The notes: generated by a model not told the origin, from the letters alone. A stretch of 64,000 nucleotides of DNA from Gemmatimonadota bacterium (GCA_039588275.1 JBDHAC010000002.1:54412-118411), one strand, 5' to 3'; positions 21,921-32,179 are shown, numbered from the stretch's first letter. Program-made: numbers and translations.

Positions 21921-22457
21921 ATGACGTGGGAATACCTCCACCTCATAGCCCACTCCTTCCCCATCGTCCTGTCGGTGACGGGCGTGCTGGTCGGGGTCAT
22001 GGGCTGGATTCGGGACAAGCCCGAGCTGGAGCGCTGGGCGTTGGTCGCCCTGCTGGTGGGAGGCGCGTTCGTGATTCCCGCGTACGTGACTGGCCTGGTC
22101 GCCGCGGACGTCGTGGGAAACCGGATATTCGTCGAGCCCTCGATCATACAGACTCACCGGTTCGCGGCGACCTGGGCGGCGATTCCGATCGTCACGGCGG
22201 GGGTGCTGGCGGGCTTCGCACTGTACGAGAGCGAGGATCGAAGGCTGCGCCGATTCGTCATCCTGGTGGGGGTTGTAGCGGCGGGCGCCATCGGCTACGC
22301 GGCCTATCTGGGGTCGCAGATCGTGCACCCGAACGAGCCCGTGGACCCGGCCGAGACGGCCCTGGAACTCTCACGGAGAGATGCATGCACGAGCATATAC
22401 GCCGCCGCAGCGTCACCACCAGGTTCGGTCTTCTTCTCGCCCTCGCGTGCGTCGTGA
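21921..22457 (+). CDS. Membrane protein (DUF2231-like)
   Basis: HLIAHSFPIVL start, four TM helices, His in helix 3; overlaps next gene by 73 nt. Confidence 0.65.
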   Translation: MTWEYLHLIAHSFPIVLSVTGVLVGVMGWIRDKPELERWALVALLVGGAFVIPAYVTGLVAADVVGNRIFVEPSIIQTHRFAATWAAIPIVTAGVLAGFALYESEDRRLRRFVILVGVVAAGAIGYAAYLGSQIVHPNEPVDPAETALELSRRDACTSIYAAAASPPGSVFFSPSRAS

Positions 22458-23743
22458 CGCCTGCGGACGCTCAGGAGGGCGCCGCCGCGGAAGCGCACGC
22501 CCTCACCCTTCACCACACGGCGATCCTCGTCGACGGTCACAACGACCTGCCGTGGCGCATCCGCGGAACCTGGGGACTCGATTTCGGCTCGGTCGATTTC
22601 TCGCAGCGACGCACCGACGGGCACACCGACCTCGTACGACTGCGGGAGGGTGGGGTCGATGTCCAGTTCTGGGCCGCGTATGTCCCCGCTCGTTTCATCG
22701 GGCCAGGCGCCAGGGTCATGGCGCTCGAGCAGATCGACCTCATCAAGCGATTCACCGGGAGCTATCCGGAGCACCTGGAGATGGCGTACTCGCTCGCCGA
22801 CGTTCGGCGGATCACGGATGAGGGACGGATCGCCTCGATGATCGGCATCGAGGGGGGACACGCGATTACGAATTCGCTGCCTGTCCTCCAGGAGATGTAC
22901 GCGCGCGGCGCCCGGTACATCACCCTCACCCATTCGGCCACGCTGGCATGGGTCGACGCGGCCGGCGACGAGCCGCGACACGGTGGTCTGACCGACTTCG
23001 GGCGTGAGGTCGTGCGGGAGATGAACAGGCTGGGGATGCTGGTCGACCTCTCACACGTCACGGCGCAGGCGGCGCGCGAAGCGCTCGAGGTCACCCGCGC
23101 GCCGGTGATCTTCTCGCATTCTTCGGCTCGGGCGATCGCCGACCACCCACGCAACGTCCCCGATGACGTCCTGCGCTTGGTACGCGAGAACGGGGGCGCC
23201 GTGTTGGTGAACTTCTACTCGGGCTTTCTGGACCCGGAGGGCGCCCGCAACGTGCAGGACCTCTTCCGCGAGGAGGCTCGCATCCGGCGTGAGAACCCGG
23301 ACCCGGAGGCATTTCAGCGCGCGATGGACGCCTGGTACGCGGACCACCCGACACCCCCCGGTGATGTCGGGTCGATCGCTGACCACATCGACCACATCGT
23401 ACGCGTCGCCGGAATCGATCACGTAGGCCTCGGCTCCGACTTCGATGGCGTCCCGATGCTCCCCGAAGGCATGGAGGACGTGTCTCGCTTCCCGGCTATC
23501 ACCGTCGAGCTGGTGAGGCGCGGGTATTCGGACGAGGACGTGCGAAAGGTCCTCGGCGGTAACCTGCTGCGGGTGTTCGGCGAGGTGGAGGCGGTGGCGC
23601 AGACGCTTTCCGGTGAGCCCCCCCGGTCCGACCGGCTCCCGTTCGAGGGTCTGGAGCCCGGCGGCTGGGGGCCGGGCGGGTCCGAAGCAGCCGGCACCGA
23701 GGGCGCGACGTCGGAGACGGTTCGAGGGCGGGGCCGATCATGA
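22385..23743 (+). CDS. Membrane dipeptidase (peptidase M19)
   Basis: Signal peptide, VDGHNDLP, IEGGH, VDLSH, FSHS, GLGSDFDG. Confidence 0.93.
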   Translation: MHEHIRRRSVTTRFGLLLALACVVTPADAQEGAAAEAHALTLHHTAILVDGHNDLPWRIRGTWGLDFGSVDFSQRRTDGHTDLVRLREGGVDVQFWAAYVPARFIGPGARVMALEQIDLIKRFTGSYPEHLEMAYSLADVRRITDEGRIASMIGIEGGHAITNSLPVLQEMYARGARYITLTHSATLAWVDAAGDEPRHGGLTDFGREVVREMNRLGMLVDLSHVTAQAAREALEVTRAPVIFSHSSARAIADHPRNVPDDVLRLVRENGGAVLVNFYSGFLDPEGARNVQDLFREEARIRRENPDPEAFQRAMDAWYADHPTPPGDVGSIADHIDHIVRVAGIDHVGLGSDFDGVPMLPEGMEDVSRFPAITVELVRRGYSDEDVRKVLGGNLLRVFGEVEAVAQTLSGEPPRSDRLPFEGLEPGGWGPGGSEAAGTEGATSETVRGRGRS

Positions 23744-24300
23744 GCGCGAACCGAGAGTCCGACCCCGGCGAGGATGCTCCCGCTCTCCCGGTAGTCGTCG
23801 GCCGCGGCGAGCTGGATGAGGTTCGCCCGGTCGCGCATTCCCGGGTGACGATGACGCAGCTCATGTCGCCTCAGGACACGAATCTGTTCGGTAGCGTCTT
23901 CGGCGGCGTGATCCTGGCGCTGGTGGACAAGATCGCGTATGTGAGCGCCACCCGTCACGCTGGATGTCCCTGCGTGACCGTCAGCTTCGATCAGGTCGAC
24001 TTCAACTCACCCATCCAGATCGGCGAAATCGTGACGCTGGAAGCGGCCGTAGCGACCGTCGGCCGCACGTCGCTCGGCGTCGGCGTGAGGGTGTTCGCCG
24101 AGAACGTGCACGGGGGCTCGCGGCGCGAGACGAACGTGTGCCACGTGACCATGGTGGCAACCGACGAGGAGCGGCACCCCGTTCCCGTCCCCAAGCTCCG
24201 GATCGAGACCGAGGATGAGTACGCGCTCTATCTGGAGGGCGAGTTCCGGCGCGAATCCCGATTGGAGCTCGAGCGTCGACGGGACTCGCGACGAGACTGA
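23740..24300 (+). CDS. Acyl-CoA thioesterase (hotdog fold)
   Basis: PQDTNLFGSVFGGVILALVD, VGRTSL motifs. Confidence 0.9.
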   Translation: MSANRESDPGEDAPALPVVVGRGELDEVRPVAHSRVTMTQLMSPQDTNLFGSVFGGVILALVDKIAYVSATRHAGCPCVTVSFDQVDFNSPIQIGEIVTLEAAVATVGRTSLGVGVRVFAENVHGGSRRETNVCHVTMVATDEERHPVPVPKLRIETEDEYALYLEGEFRRESRLELERRRDSRRD

Positions 24301-24370
24301 GGCTGCAGCTGCCCGGGGCATTGATGGAGGAACTCTGCCGCGAGGGCGAAGCGGCTGGCCCGGGCGGGTG

Positions 24371-24523
24371 TCAGAGCAGCGCTACGAGCCCGTAGAAGAT
24401 CAGCGCCGCCGAGAACATGGCGGCGCTCTGGAGCGCGATCTCGCGCCCCGGCATCTTCGCGATGACTCCCAGCATGACGGACACGACCAGCGCCGTTCCC
24501 AGCAACCCGATCAGCTGCAGCAT
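24371..24523 (-). CDS. 50-aa two-TM small membrane protein (absent from ORF track)
   Basis: MLQLIGLLGTALVVSVMLGVIAKMPGREIALQSAAMFSAALIFYGLVALL; GGGAGAG before ATG; GC3-rich codons. Confidence 0.65.
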   Translation of the reverse strand: MLQLIGLLGTALVVSVMLGVIAKMPGREIALQSAAMFSAALIFYGLVALL

Positions 24524-24845
24524 CTCTCCCTCGGAACTTTCGTCTTCACTCGGTCAGCGCCCATGCTGAGGGCGGGTGCTCACGGCTTCGAGCTCAGCTC
24601 GGACCGAGGCGCGCGGACTGCTCGCCCCGGGTCCGCCCCCGTCTTTGCAGTTCGACAAGCTCGGGCATGCCAGCCGCCTCGGCAATCCGCTGCCCGGTGG
24701 GCGTAGCCGCCAGGCCGCCGAGCGCCGTCTCACGATAGCGCACGTCCATCTTTCGTCCCACGAAGAACGCCAGCGAGACGCGAGAAGCTCGAAGCCTGGA
24801 ATCGGTCAGCTCCGGCGGACCGGCCGTCCGCTCGCCGGAAGCGAG

Positions 24846-24995
24846 CTAGAAGATGGTATAGATGAACGGCGCCAGTGCCGAGCCCTGCGCGAAGACCAGT
24901 AGCGAGCCGACGATGAATAGTACCAGCAGCACCGGCAGCAACCACCACTTCTTCCGAATTCGCAGGAAGGCCCACAGCTCACGGACCAAGCTCAT
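24846..24995 (-). CDS. DUF5989/SxtK-like 49-aa protein (absent from ORF track)
   Basis: MSLVRELWAFLRIRKKWWLLPVLLVLFIVGSLLVFAQGSALAPFIYTIF with RKKWWL and APFIYT signature; GGAGG SD. Confidence 0.9.
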   Translation of the reverse strand: MSLVRELWAFLRIRKKWWLLPVLLVLFIVGSLLVFAQGSALAPFIYTIF

Positions 24996-25010
24996 CCTTT
25001 TTCCTCCCGA

Positions 25011-25412
25011 TCAGAACTGCCTCTCGAGGCTGCTTTCTTGCTCCGAAGTGCGCGCCACCCAATAACTTCCGTCTCGCGGTGCGTGCTTGAGCGGGTTGCG
25101 CCCGAAGGTCCTCCGCAAGAATCCCACCGGAGAGATCACCACGAAGTAGACCAGGCTCATGAAGATGGGCGTCGTGACCTTGGAGAGCGCGTGCGCGAGG
25201 CCCATCCAGGCCCGCTGCACGGGCTCCAAACGGTCCGGGATCATAGCGCCCGAGAGGACCAAAAGGACCCCCAGGCCGCCGAGGCTCTGCCCGACGGGCG
25301 CGTGGCCTCGCCACCACACCAGCGACCCCAGCGCGCAGAACGCGAGTCCGACCGAGAGGCCGAACTTGCGCCCTTCGGCCTTCGTCAATCGAGCTCGATC
25401 ACTTCTCTCCAA
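25011..25412 (-). CDS. SxtJ family membrane protein
   Basis: RKFG, WMGLAHAL, SYW and C-terminal ERQF; TTG start overlapping the carbamoyltransferase end. Confidence 0.85.
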   Translation of the reverse strand: MERSDRARLTKAEGRKFGLSVGLAFCALGSLVWWRGHAPVGQSLGGLGVLLVLSGAMIPDRLEPVQRAWMGLAHALSKVTTPIFMSLVYFVVISPVGFLRRTFGRNPLKHAPRDGSYWVARTSEQESSLERQF

Positions 25413-27259
25413 TCCACCTCCTCCTTCCACTCGGGCTGATCCTCCTTGTCCAGCAGGTACGGCCCCATGACCAGGTAGTCCATGTTGGTTCGCATGAAGC
25501 ACGTGTAGGCGTGTTCCGGCGTGCAGACGATCGGCTCGCCGCGGACATTGAACGAGGTGTTCACCACCACGCCACACCCCGTTCGTTTCTCGAATTCCTC
25601 GATCAGCTCGTAATAGTCCGGATTGTCCACGCGGTTGACCGTCTGTACGCGGGCCGTGTAGTTGACGTGAGTCACGGCCGGGATGTCGGAGCGGGGCACG
25701 TTCAACTTCTCGATCCCGAACAGGCCCTGCTGCTCCTCCGTGAGCGCGATCCGCCGGTCCTCCCTTACAGGAGCCACCAGGAGCATGTAGGGGGACTCAC
25801 GGTCCAACTCAAAGTAATCGCTCACCCGCTCGGCCAGCACGGTCGGAGCGAACGGCCGGAAGCTCTCGCGGAACTTGATCTTGAGGTTCATCTGTTCCTG
25901 CATCTTCGGGCTGCGGGGATCACCCAGGATGCTGCGCGAACCGAGCGCGCGCGGGCCGAATTCCATGCGGCCGTTGAACCAACCCAGGACCTTTTCGCTG
26001 GCCAACAGGCGAGCGGCCTCCTCGAGTAACGGGCGGCGCTCCATGCGCGCATAGCCGGCGCCGACTGAATCCAGGTATTCCTTGATCTCCTCAGGCGTGA
26101 AGTCGGGCCCCAGGTAGGCGCCCCCCATACCGTCACGCCCGGGGGTGACCTTCCGGGGATGATCCAGGTGCCGGTGCCAGATCAGCTGAGCGACGCCCAG
26201 CGCCCCACCGGCATCGCCCGCGGCCGGTTGTATCCACACCTGCTCGAAGGGTCCTTCCCGCAGTATGCGACCGTTTCCGACGCAATTCAGCGCCACGCCC
26301 CCCGCGAGACAGAGCTGCCTCATGCCGGTCTCGCGGTGCGCGGTGCGCGCCATGCGCAGCATGATCTCCTCGCACACGTCCTGGACGGAGCGCGCGAGGT
26401 CCATCTCGCGCTGCGTGACCGGAGACTCGGGCCTTCGCGGCGGACCGCCGAACAGCTCGTCGAACGCCCCGCCCGTCATCGTCAGGCCCGTGAGGTAGTT
26501 GAAGTATTTCTGGTTGAGCCGGAAGGATCCGTCTTCCTGCAGATCGACGAGCTCTTCGAGTATCGGCCCCACGTACTTGGGCTCTCCGTACGGTGCCAGC
26601 CCCATCACCTTGTACTCGCCCGAGTTCACCTTGAATCCGGTGTAGTAGGTGAACGCCGAGTAGAGCAGTCCCAGCGAATCGGGCCAGTGGAGCTCCCTGA
26701 GGAGCTCGACGTCGTTGTCGCGCCCCACGCCGATCGACGCGGTGGCCCACTCCCCGACGCCATCCATCGTGAGGATCGCCGCCTCCTCGAAGGGCGAGGG
26801 CAAGAAAGCACTCGCGGCATGCGACTCGTGGTGCTCGGCGTACAGGATCTGCCCGTCGTAGCCGAGCGACCGGCGAAGATGTCGCTCCATATACAGCTTG
26901 TCCTTGATCCACAGCGGCCCGGCCATCAGGAAGGAGCGAATGCCGCGCGGCACGACGCCCAGATAGGTCTCGAGGATGCGCTCGAACTTGAGAAGCGGCT
27001 TGTCGTAGAAGCCGACGTAATCCAGCTCGTGTGCCTCGATCCCGGCCCGGGCCAGGCAATACTCCACGGCGTGAGTCGGGAAGTCGGCATCGCCCTTCTT
27101 GCGGGTGAACCGCTCTTCCTGAGCCGCGGCCACGATCTCGCCATCGCGCATTAGACACGCCGCGCTGTCGTGATAGAACGCCGAAATGCCCAGGATGTTG
27201 GTCGAACTCACGCGTGTCTCTCGCACTCCGCTCTCATGGGTTCGGTCCTCATCGCTCAC
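25385..27259 (-). CDS. O-carbamoyltransferase (NodU/CmcH/SxtI family)
   Basis: YHDSAA, QEERFTRKK, EHHESHA, GEYKVMGLA, EFGPRALG, NTSFN; start 27259 or 27211. Confidence 0.95.
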   Translation of the reverse strand: MSDEDRTHESGVRETRVSSTNILGISAFYHDSAACLMRDGEIVAAAQEERFTRKKGDADFPTHAVEYCLARAGIEAHELDYVGFYDKPLLKFERILETYLGVVPRGIRSFLMAGPLWIKDKLYMERHLRRSLGYDGQILYAEHHESHAASAFLPSPFEEAAILTMDGVGEWATASIGVGRDNDVELLRELHWPDSLGLLYSAFTYYTGFKVNSGEYKVMGLAPYGEPKYVGPILEELVDLQEDGSFRLNQKYFNYLTGLTMTGGAFDELFGGPPRRPESPVTQREMDLARSVQDVCEEIMLRMARTAHRETGMRQLCLAGGVALNCVGNGRILREGPFEQVWIQPAAGDAGGALGVAQLIWHRHLDHPRKVTPGRDGMGGAYLGPDFTPEEIKEYLDSVGAGYARMERRPLLEEAARLLASEKVLGWFNGRMEFGPRALGSRSILGDPRSPKMQEQMNLKIKFRESFRPFAPTVLAERVSDYFELDRESPYMLLVAPVREDRRIALTEEQQGLFGIEKLNVPRSDIPAVTHVNYTARVQTVNRVDNPDYYELIEEFEKRTGCGVVVNTSFNVRGEPIVCTPEHAYTCFMRTNMDYLVMGPYLLDKEDQPEWKEEVDWREVIELD

Positions 27260-27502
27260 GACACCCGGCTCCTCGAATCCCAGTTCGATCTCCCCTAACC
27301 AGCCAGCGGGTGCACTCGAGCGGTCCTCCGCATCGCCGGTTCGAGCAAGACCCGGGCCGAACTTCCGGCGCGGATTTGCTGGGCTGCGGTGATCGGGGCG
27401 GGTCCCGCGGCCGGCCCCGGGTCACGGGTGTTGCGAAACCGCTTCACAAACTGGCGCCGCACCTTCCGGGTCAACAACTCGGGAGAAGGCTCTCCTTCAC
27501 GG

Positions 27503-28333
27503 TCATGCCCTCGCGTCGCCCGCCATGGGCGGCACGGCGGGGACCCTGTCACGCCAATCCAGCCGGACCCCGAGGGCGGCCGCGAAGCCGTTTGACAGCG
27601 CGCGTACCACCTCGCTTCGTTCCACGAGCACTCCCTCCGCGTGGAGGCTCGTCATGTGCGCGCCGTGGATCCCACAGGGCACGATCCACTCGAACGGCGA
27701 GAGCGGCTCCTCGGTCACGTTGAGCGCGACTCCGTGCCAGGTGATCCAGCGGCTCGCATGCACTCCGATGGAAGCGATCTTCCTCGCCTCGCCGCGGATG
27801 ATTCGAGATGGAGCGGTGGTTGGATCGAGCTCCGGCACGTCCTCCCCGGAGGACATCGACGCCGGTGCGGCCTCACCCACCCAGAGACCGGTGTACCCCT
27901 CGATCCGGAACCCCCGCAGACCGAGGTCGGCCAGCGCCGTCGCCAGGGCCCGCTCGAGAGTTCGCAGATACCAATGCAGGTCGCGCCGGTAATGGTGCAG
28001 ATCGAGGATCGGGTACGCGACCAGCTGGCCGGGCCCGTGATAGGTCACGTCGCCCCCACGCTCGATCTCGACGATCGGCACGCCCCGAGCCTCCAGCGCT
28101 TCGGGGGCGAGGATGACGTCCTCGGCCCCGGTGCCGCGACCCAACGTGATCACGGGCGGATGCTCGAGGATGAGTAGTATGTCCTCTTCGAGGCCACCGC
28201 GTTTCTTGGCCTCAGCCAACCGGCGCTGGATCGTGAGGGCCTCCGTGTACGGCACGAGGCCGGCGTCGACCACCTGAAGGCAGGCCTTCGAGCGCACGGC
28301 CTCGGCCGTGCGGCCGCTACGGGTCATGGGCAT
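27503..28333 (-). CDS. lipB: Lipoyl(octanoyl) transferase
   Basis: LEHPPVITLG, RGGDVTYHGPGQ, KIASIG, HGVALN, PCGI motifs. Confidence 0.95.
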   Translation of the reverse strand: MPMTRSGRTAEAVRSKACLQVVDAGLVPYTEALTIQRRLAEAKKRGGLEEDILLILEHPPVITLGRGTGAEDVILAPEALEARGVPIVEIERGGDVTYHGPGQLVAYPILDLHHYRRDLHWYLRTLERALATALADLGLRGFRIEGYTGLWVGEAAPASMSSGEDVPELDPTTAPSRIIRGEARKIASIGVHASRWITWHGVALNVTEEPLSPFEWIVPCGIHGAHMTSLHAEGVLVERSEVVRALSNGFAAALGVRLDWRDRVPAVPPMAGDARA

Positions 28334-28349
28334 CGGATCGGGCGTGTGG

Positions 28350-29759
28350 TCAAATGTCGATCGGCCGTCCCAACGCTACCAGCGCGGCTTGCATGAGGGC
28401 CTCCGCCATGCTGGGGTGAGCGTGTGGATGGGCAGCGATCTCGTCGAGCGTGGTCTCGAGCTCGCGACCCAGGCCGGCCTCGGCGATGAGCTCGCTCACG
28501 TTGTGACCGATCATTTGCACACCCAGCAGTTCCCCATACTCGGCATCCGCGACGACCTTGACGAACCCCTCGTTGGCGCCCGCCGTCAACGCGCGACCGT
28601 GCGAGGTGAGCGGGTACTTGCCCGTCTTGACCTCGTATCCCGCCTCAACGGCCTTGGCTTCGGTGAGCCCGATCGACGCGATCTCGGGGTGGCAGTACCC
28701 GACGCTCGGGATGTTGTCGTACCGCATGGGGTGACGCGCCTGACCGGCAATGTGCTCGGCCGCTACGATCCCTTCGTGTGAGCCGACGTGGGCGAGCATC
28801 GGCTCTCCGGCCACGTCACCGATCGCGTACACGCCTTCCGCCGTGGTTTGGCACCATTCGTCGATGCGGACGAAGCCGTTCTCGAGCTCGACTCCGTTCT
28901 CCTCGAGCCCCAGATCCTCCGTGACCGGGCGTCGACCAACGGCCATCAGCACGAGATCGGTCTTTTCGATCCCCTCCGTTCCATCCGGGTTCTCGACCGT
29001 GAGGATCATCGGGCTCACGCTTCGGTCGAGCTCTTTCACCTTGCATCGGATGCGGGTGCGGATGTGGCGCTTCTTGAACGCCCGTGCGAGAGCCTTTCCG
29101 ATCTCCGGATCCTCGAGCGGTACGAGGGTGTCGAGCGCCTCGATGAGCGTCACCTCGACGCCGAACGCGTTGAACACATCCGCGAACTCGACGCCCACGA
29201 ACCCGGCGCCGACGATGACGAGCCGCTCCGGGAGCTCGGTCAGTGCCAGCGCTTCGCGGCTCCCGATCACTTTCTCCCGGTCGAACTCGAGTCCCGGAAA
29301 GGTCTTCATCACCGAGCCGGTCGCGATGACCACGTGAGAGGCGTCGAGCTCCTGCGAACCCTCCTCCGTCTGGATCGCGACCCGACCCTTTCCAGCCAGC
29401 CGGCCCCGGCCCTGGACGATCTCCACCTCGTTCTTCTTGAGGAGGTACTGGACGCCGCCGGTCAGCCTGTCGGCGATGCCGCGGCTGCGCTCCACGGCGG
29501 CGGCCATGTCGTATTCCACCTCGACCGGGCGGACACCCATATCGGCGCCGTGGCTCTTCACTTGGTGGGCGAGCGCGGCGCTCTCGAGCAGCGCCTTCGC
29601 CGGGATGCAGCCCCAGTTCAGGCACGTGCCCCCGAAGCCGCCTTCGTACGAGTCGCTCTCGATGCAGGCGACCCGGAGCCCGAGCTGCGCCGCCCGGATC
29701 GCGCAAACATATCCGGCCGGCCCGGCCCCGATCACGACGACGTCATAGCGTTCCGCCAT
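28350..29759 (-). CDS. lpdA: Dihydrolipoyl dehydrogenase (E3)
   Basis: GAGPAG, GGTCLNWGCIP, HAHPSMAE motifs. Confidence 0.97.
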   Translation of the reverse strand: MAERYDVVVIGAGPAGYVCAIRAAQLGLRVACIESDSYEGGFGGTCLNWGCIPAKALLESAALAHQVKSHGADMGVRPVEVEYDMAAAVERSRGIADRLTGGVQYLLKKNEVEIVQGRGRLAGKGRVAIQTEEGSQELDASHVVIATGSVMKTFPGLEFDREKVIGSREALALTELPERLVIVGAGFVGVEFADVFNAFGVEVTLIEALDTLVPLEDPEIGKALARAFKKRHIRTRIRCKVKELDRSVSPMILTVENPDGTEGIEKTDLVLMAVGRRPVTEDLGLEENGVELENGFVRIDEWCQTTAEGVYAIGDVAGEPMLAHVGSHEGIVAAEHIAGQARHPMRYDNIPSVGYCHPEIASIGLTEAKAVEAGYEVKTGKYPLTSHGRALTAGANEGFVKVVADAEYGELLGVQMIGHNVSELIAEAGLGRELETTLDEIAAHPHAHPSMAEALMQAALVALGRPIDI

Positions 29760-29859
29760 ACAGCGACCTCGCTTTACCTTTATGTAAAGTTGTTTCTGTG
29801 TAAGGGTTTTGTCGTCCTCGCCAAACGCATAGCAGGACCCGGCTCACGGCCGCCGCCGG

Positions 29860-31188
29860 TCAGAGGATCATCTCGAGCGGGTTCTCCAACATCGCTTTGA
29901 ACGTCCCCAGGAACGATGCCCCGGTCGCGCCGTCGACGACGCGGTGGTCACAGGACATCGTCACGCGCATCCGCTTTCGCACCACCACTTCGCCATCGAC
30001 CACGACCGGCTTCTCGATGGTCGCCCCGACAGCCAGAATTCCAGACTCCGGCGGGTTGATGATCGCCGTGAACTGGTCAATCTCGTACATGCCTAGGTTG
30101 CTAACCGAGAACGTCGATCCCTGATACTCCTCCGGAGCGAGATCTCGGGCACGGGCTCGCTCGATCAGCGCCCGAGCCTCGAGCGAAATCTGACGCAAGC
30201 CCTTCCGACTCGCATCGCGGAGCACGGGCGTGATCAGGCCCCCGTCGATCGCCACCGCGATCCCCAGGTCGACGCTCCCGTGGTACACGATCGAGTCGCC
30301 GCCCCACGACGCATTGACCTCCGGGTGACGGGACAGCGCCTCGGCGGTCGCTTTCAGCAGGAGGTCGTTCACCCCGATCTTCCCGTCCGGCCACCGCTGG
30401 TTGAGCTCGCCGCGCAGGGCGAGCGCGCGCCCCATGTCGATCTCGGTCGTGAGGAAGAAGTGCGGCACGGGACCGATCGACTCCGCCAGCCGGCGGGCGA
30501 TCGCCTTCCGCATTTGGCTCGCTTCCTCGACGCGCGCGGTGAGCGCCGCGGGGGGGGCGGGGGGGGGCGCCGCCGACGGGATCGTGGCCGGAGCCGCCGC
30601 CGGTGCGATCGGGGTCGCCGGCTCGGGCGTGGCCGGAGCGCCGGCTGCCGGGGTAGGGGCAGGGGCCGGGGCACTGCCAGCCAGCGCGGCCTCGACGTCC
30701 GCCTTCACGACCCGCCCCCCTGGGCCGGAGCCGGTGATCGCTCCGAGATCGATACCGCTCTCGGCCGCGATTCGGCGGGCCACCGGGGATGCCTTCACGC
30801 GTCCGTCCGCAGGTGGCTGAGCGACCTCGGTGGCGGCTCCACCCGCCGGCGAGGGGGTCTCCGTTCCGACAGCCACCTCTGCGGGCGCCGCGGGGGGCGC
30901 GCCGTCAGTCGCCGGCGTGGCACTCGCGAGCAGGTCGTCGATGGACTCGTCCGGTGCCGCGATGATCCCGATCAGCGCTCCGACCGGCACGGTCTCGCCG
31001 GCCTGCACGAGGATCTTCCGCAGCACTCCCTCACCCATCGCCTCCACGTCCATGTTGGCCTTGTCCGTCTCGATCTCGGCTACGACATCGCCCTGGGAGA
31101 CCGAATCGCCCTCCTGGACCTTCCACTCGAGGAGCTTGCCCTCCTCCATCGTCGGGCTGAGCTGCGCCATCACGACCTTCGTTGCCAT
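29860..31188 (-). CDS. pdhC: Pyruvate dehydrogenase E2 acetyltransferase
   Basis: ETDKA lipoyl domain, ASPVARR E3-binding domain, DHRVVDG. Confidence 0.95.
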   Translation of the reverse strand: MATKVVMAQLSPTMEEGKLLEWKVQEGDSVSQGDVVAEIETDKANMDVEAMGEGVLRKILVQAGETVPVGALIGIIAAPDESIDDLLASATPATDGAPPAAPAEVAVGTETPSPAGGAATEVAQPPADGRVKASPVARRIAAESGIDLGAITGSGPGGRVVKADVEAALAGSAPAPAPTPAAGAPATPEPATPIAPAAAPATIPSAAPPPAPPAALTARVEEASQMRKAIARRLAESIGPVPHFFLTTEIDMGRALALRGELNQRWPDGKIGVNDLLLKATAEALSRHPEVNASWGGDSIVYHGSVDLGIAVAIDGGLITPVLRDASRKGLRQISLEARALIERARARDLAPEEYQGSTFSVSNLGMYEIDQFTAIINPPESGILAVGATIEKPVVVDGEVVVRKRMRVTMSCDHRVVDGATGASFLGTFKAMLENPLEMIL

Positions 31189-31195
31189 CGACTCC

Positions 31196-32179
31196 TCAGT
31201 CCCTGTAACAGGCGTGCCGGACGGCTTTTACGATGTGGTCGGCGTTCGGGAACACGACCTTCTCCAGGTTGCGCGCGTACGGCATCGGAACATCCAGGCC
31301 CGAGACGCGTGCGATCGGTGCATCGAGGTCATCGAACGCATCCCGCTGGATATCATCCACCACCTGTGCGCCGACGTTGCACATCGGCCAGCCTTCCTCG
31401 ACCACGACGGCGCGATTCGTCCGGCGCACGGAAGCGACCACGGTATCGACGTCCAGCGGACGCAGGGTGCGCAGGTCGACCACTTCCGCCTCGATACCGT
31501 CCTCCCTCGCGAGCTTCTCCGCGGCGGTCAACGATTGGTGGACCATCTTCGAGTGGGCGATGATGCTGACGTCCGAGCCGGGGCGCTTGATCTCCGCCAC
31601 CCCGATCGGCGTCACGTGGTCGCCCTCCGGGACCTCGTCCTTGAGGTTGTACAGGAGCTCGCCCTCGACGAACACGATCGGATCGTTGTCCCGAATCGCG
31701 CTCTTCAGAAGCCCCTTCGCGTCCGCGGGCGTGGCGGGCGCGCACACCTTGAGTCCCGGAGCGTAGGCGTACCACGGGTCCGGCACCTGGGAATGCTGAG
31801 CCGCCAGCTGCAGCGCGGCGCCGCCCGGGCCTCGGAAGACGATCGGGACGTTGTACGCTCCACCCGACATCTGGTGCATCTTGGCGGCCGAGTTGATGAC
31901 CTGATCGATCGCGAGCAGCGCGAAGTTCCACGTCATGAACTCGACGACGGGACGAAGCCCGACCATCGCCGCGCCCACGCCGAGCCCCGCGAAGCCCAGC
32001 TCGGCGATCGGCGCGTCCCGCACCCGCCATTCCCCGAAATCGTCCAACAGGCCCTTCGTGACCTTGTACGCCCCGTCGTACTCGCCGACCTCCTCGCCGA
32101 TGATGAAGACGCGATCGTCGCGTACCATCTCTTCGCGCAAGGCCTGATTCAGGGCCTCCCGGTACGTGATCACCGCCAT
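31196..32179 (-). CDS. pdhB: Pyruvate dehydrogenase E1 beta
   Basis: GAYKVTKGL, EFMTWNF, AAQHSQ motifs. Confidence 0.96.
   Translation of the reverse strand: MAVITYREALNQALREEMVRDDRVFIIGEEVGEYDGAYKVTKGLLDDFGEWRVRDAPIAELGFAGLGVGAAMVGLRPVVEFMTWNFALLAIDQVINSAAKMHQMSGGAYNVPIVFRGPGGAALQLAAQHSQVPDPWYAYAPGLKVCAPATPADAKGLLKSAIRDNDPIVFVEGELLYNLKDEVPEGDHVTPIGVAEIKRPGSDVSIIAHSKMVHQSLTAAEKLAREDGIEAEVVDLRTLRPLDVDTVVASVRRTNRAVVVEEGWPMCNVGAQVVDDIQRDAFDDLDAPIARVSGLDVPMPYARNLEKVVFPNADHIVKAVRHACYRD

Noticed and set aside
24846..27259. Saxitoxin biosynthesis cluster
   Set aside because: Only sxtI/J/K-like genes are present; no sxtA, sxtG or other core genes in the window
29763..29790. Complete dif site
   Set aside because: Only the XerD-like arm matches; the left arm GCGACCTCGCT does not fit XerC
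30550..30567. Poly-G tracts as a phase-variation switch in pdhC
   Set aside because: They encode the Pro/Ala linker in frame in a core metabolic gene
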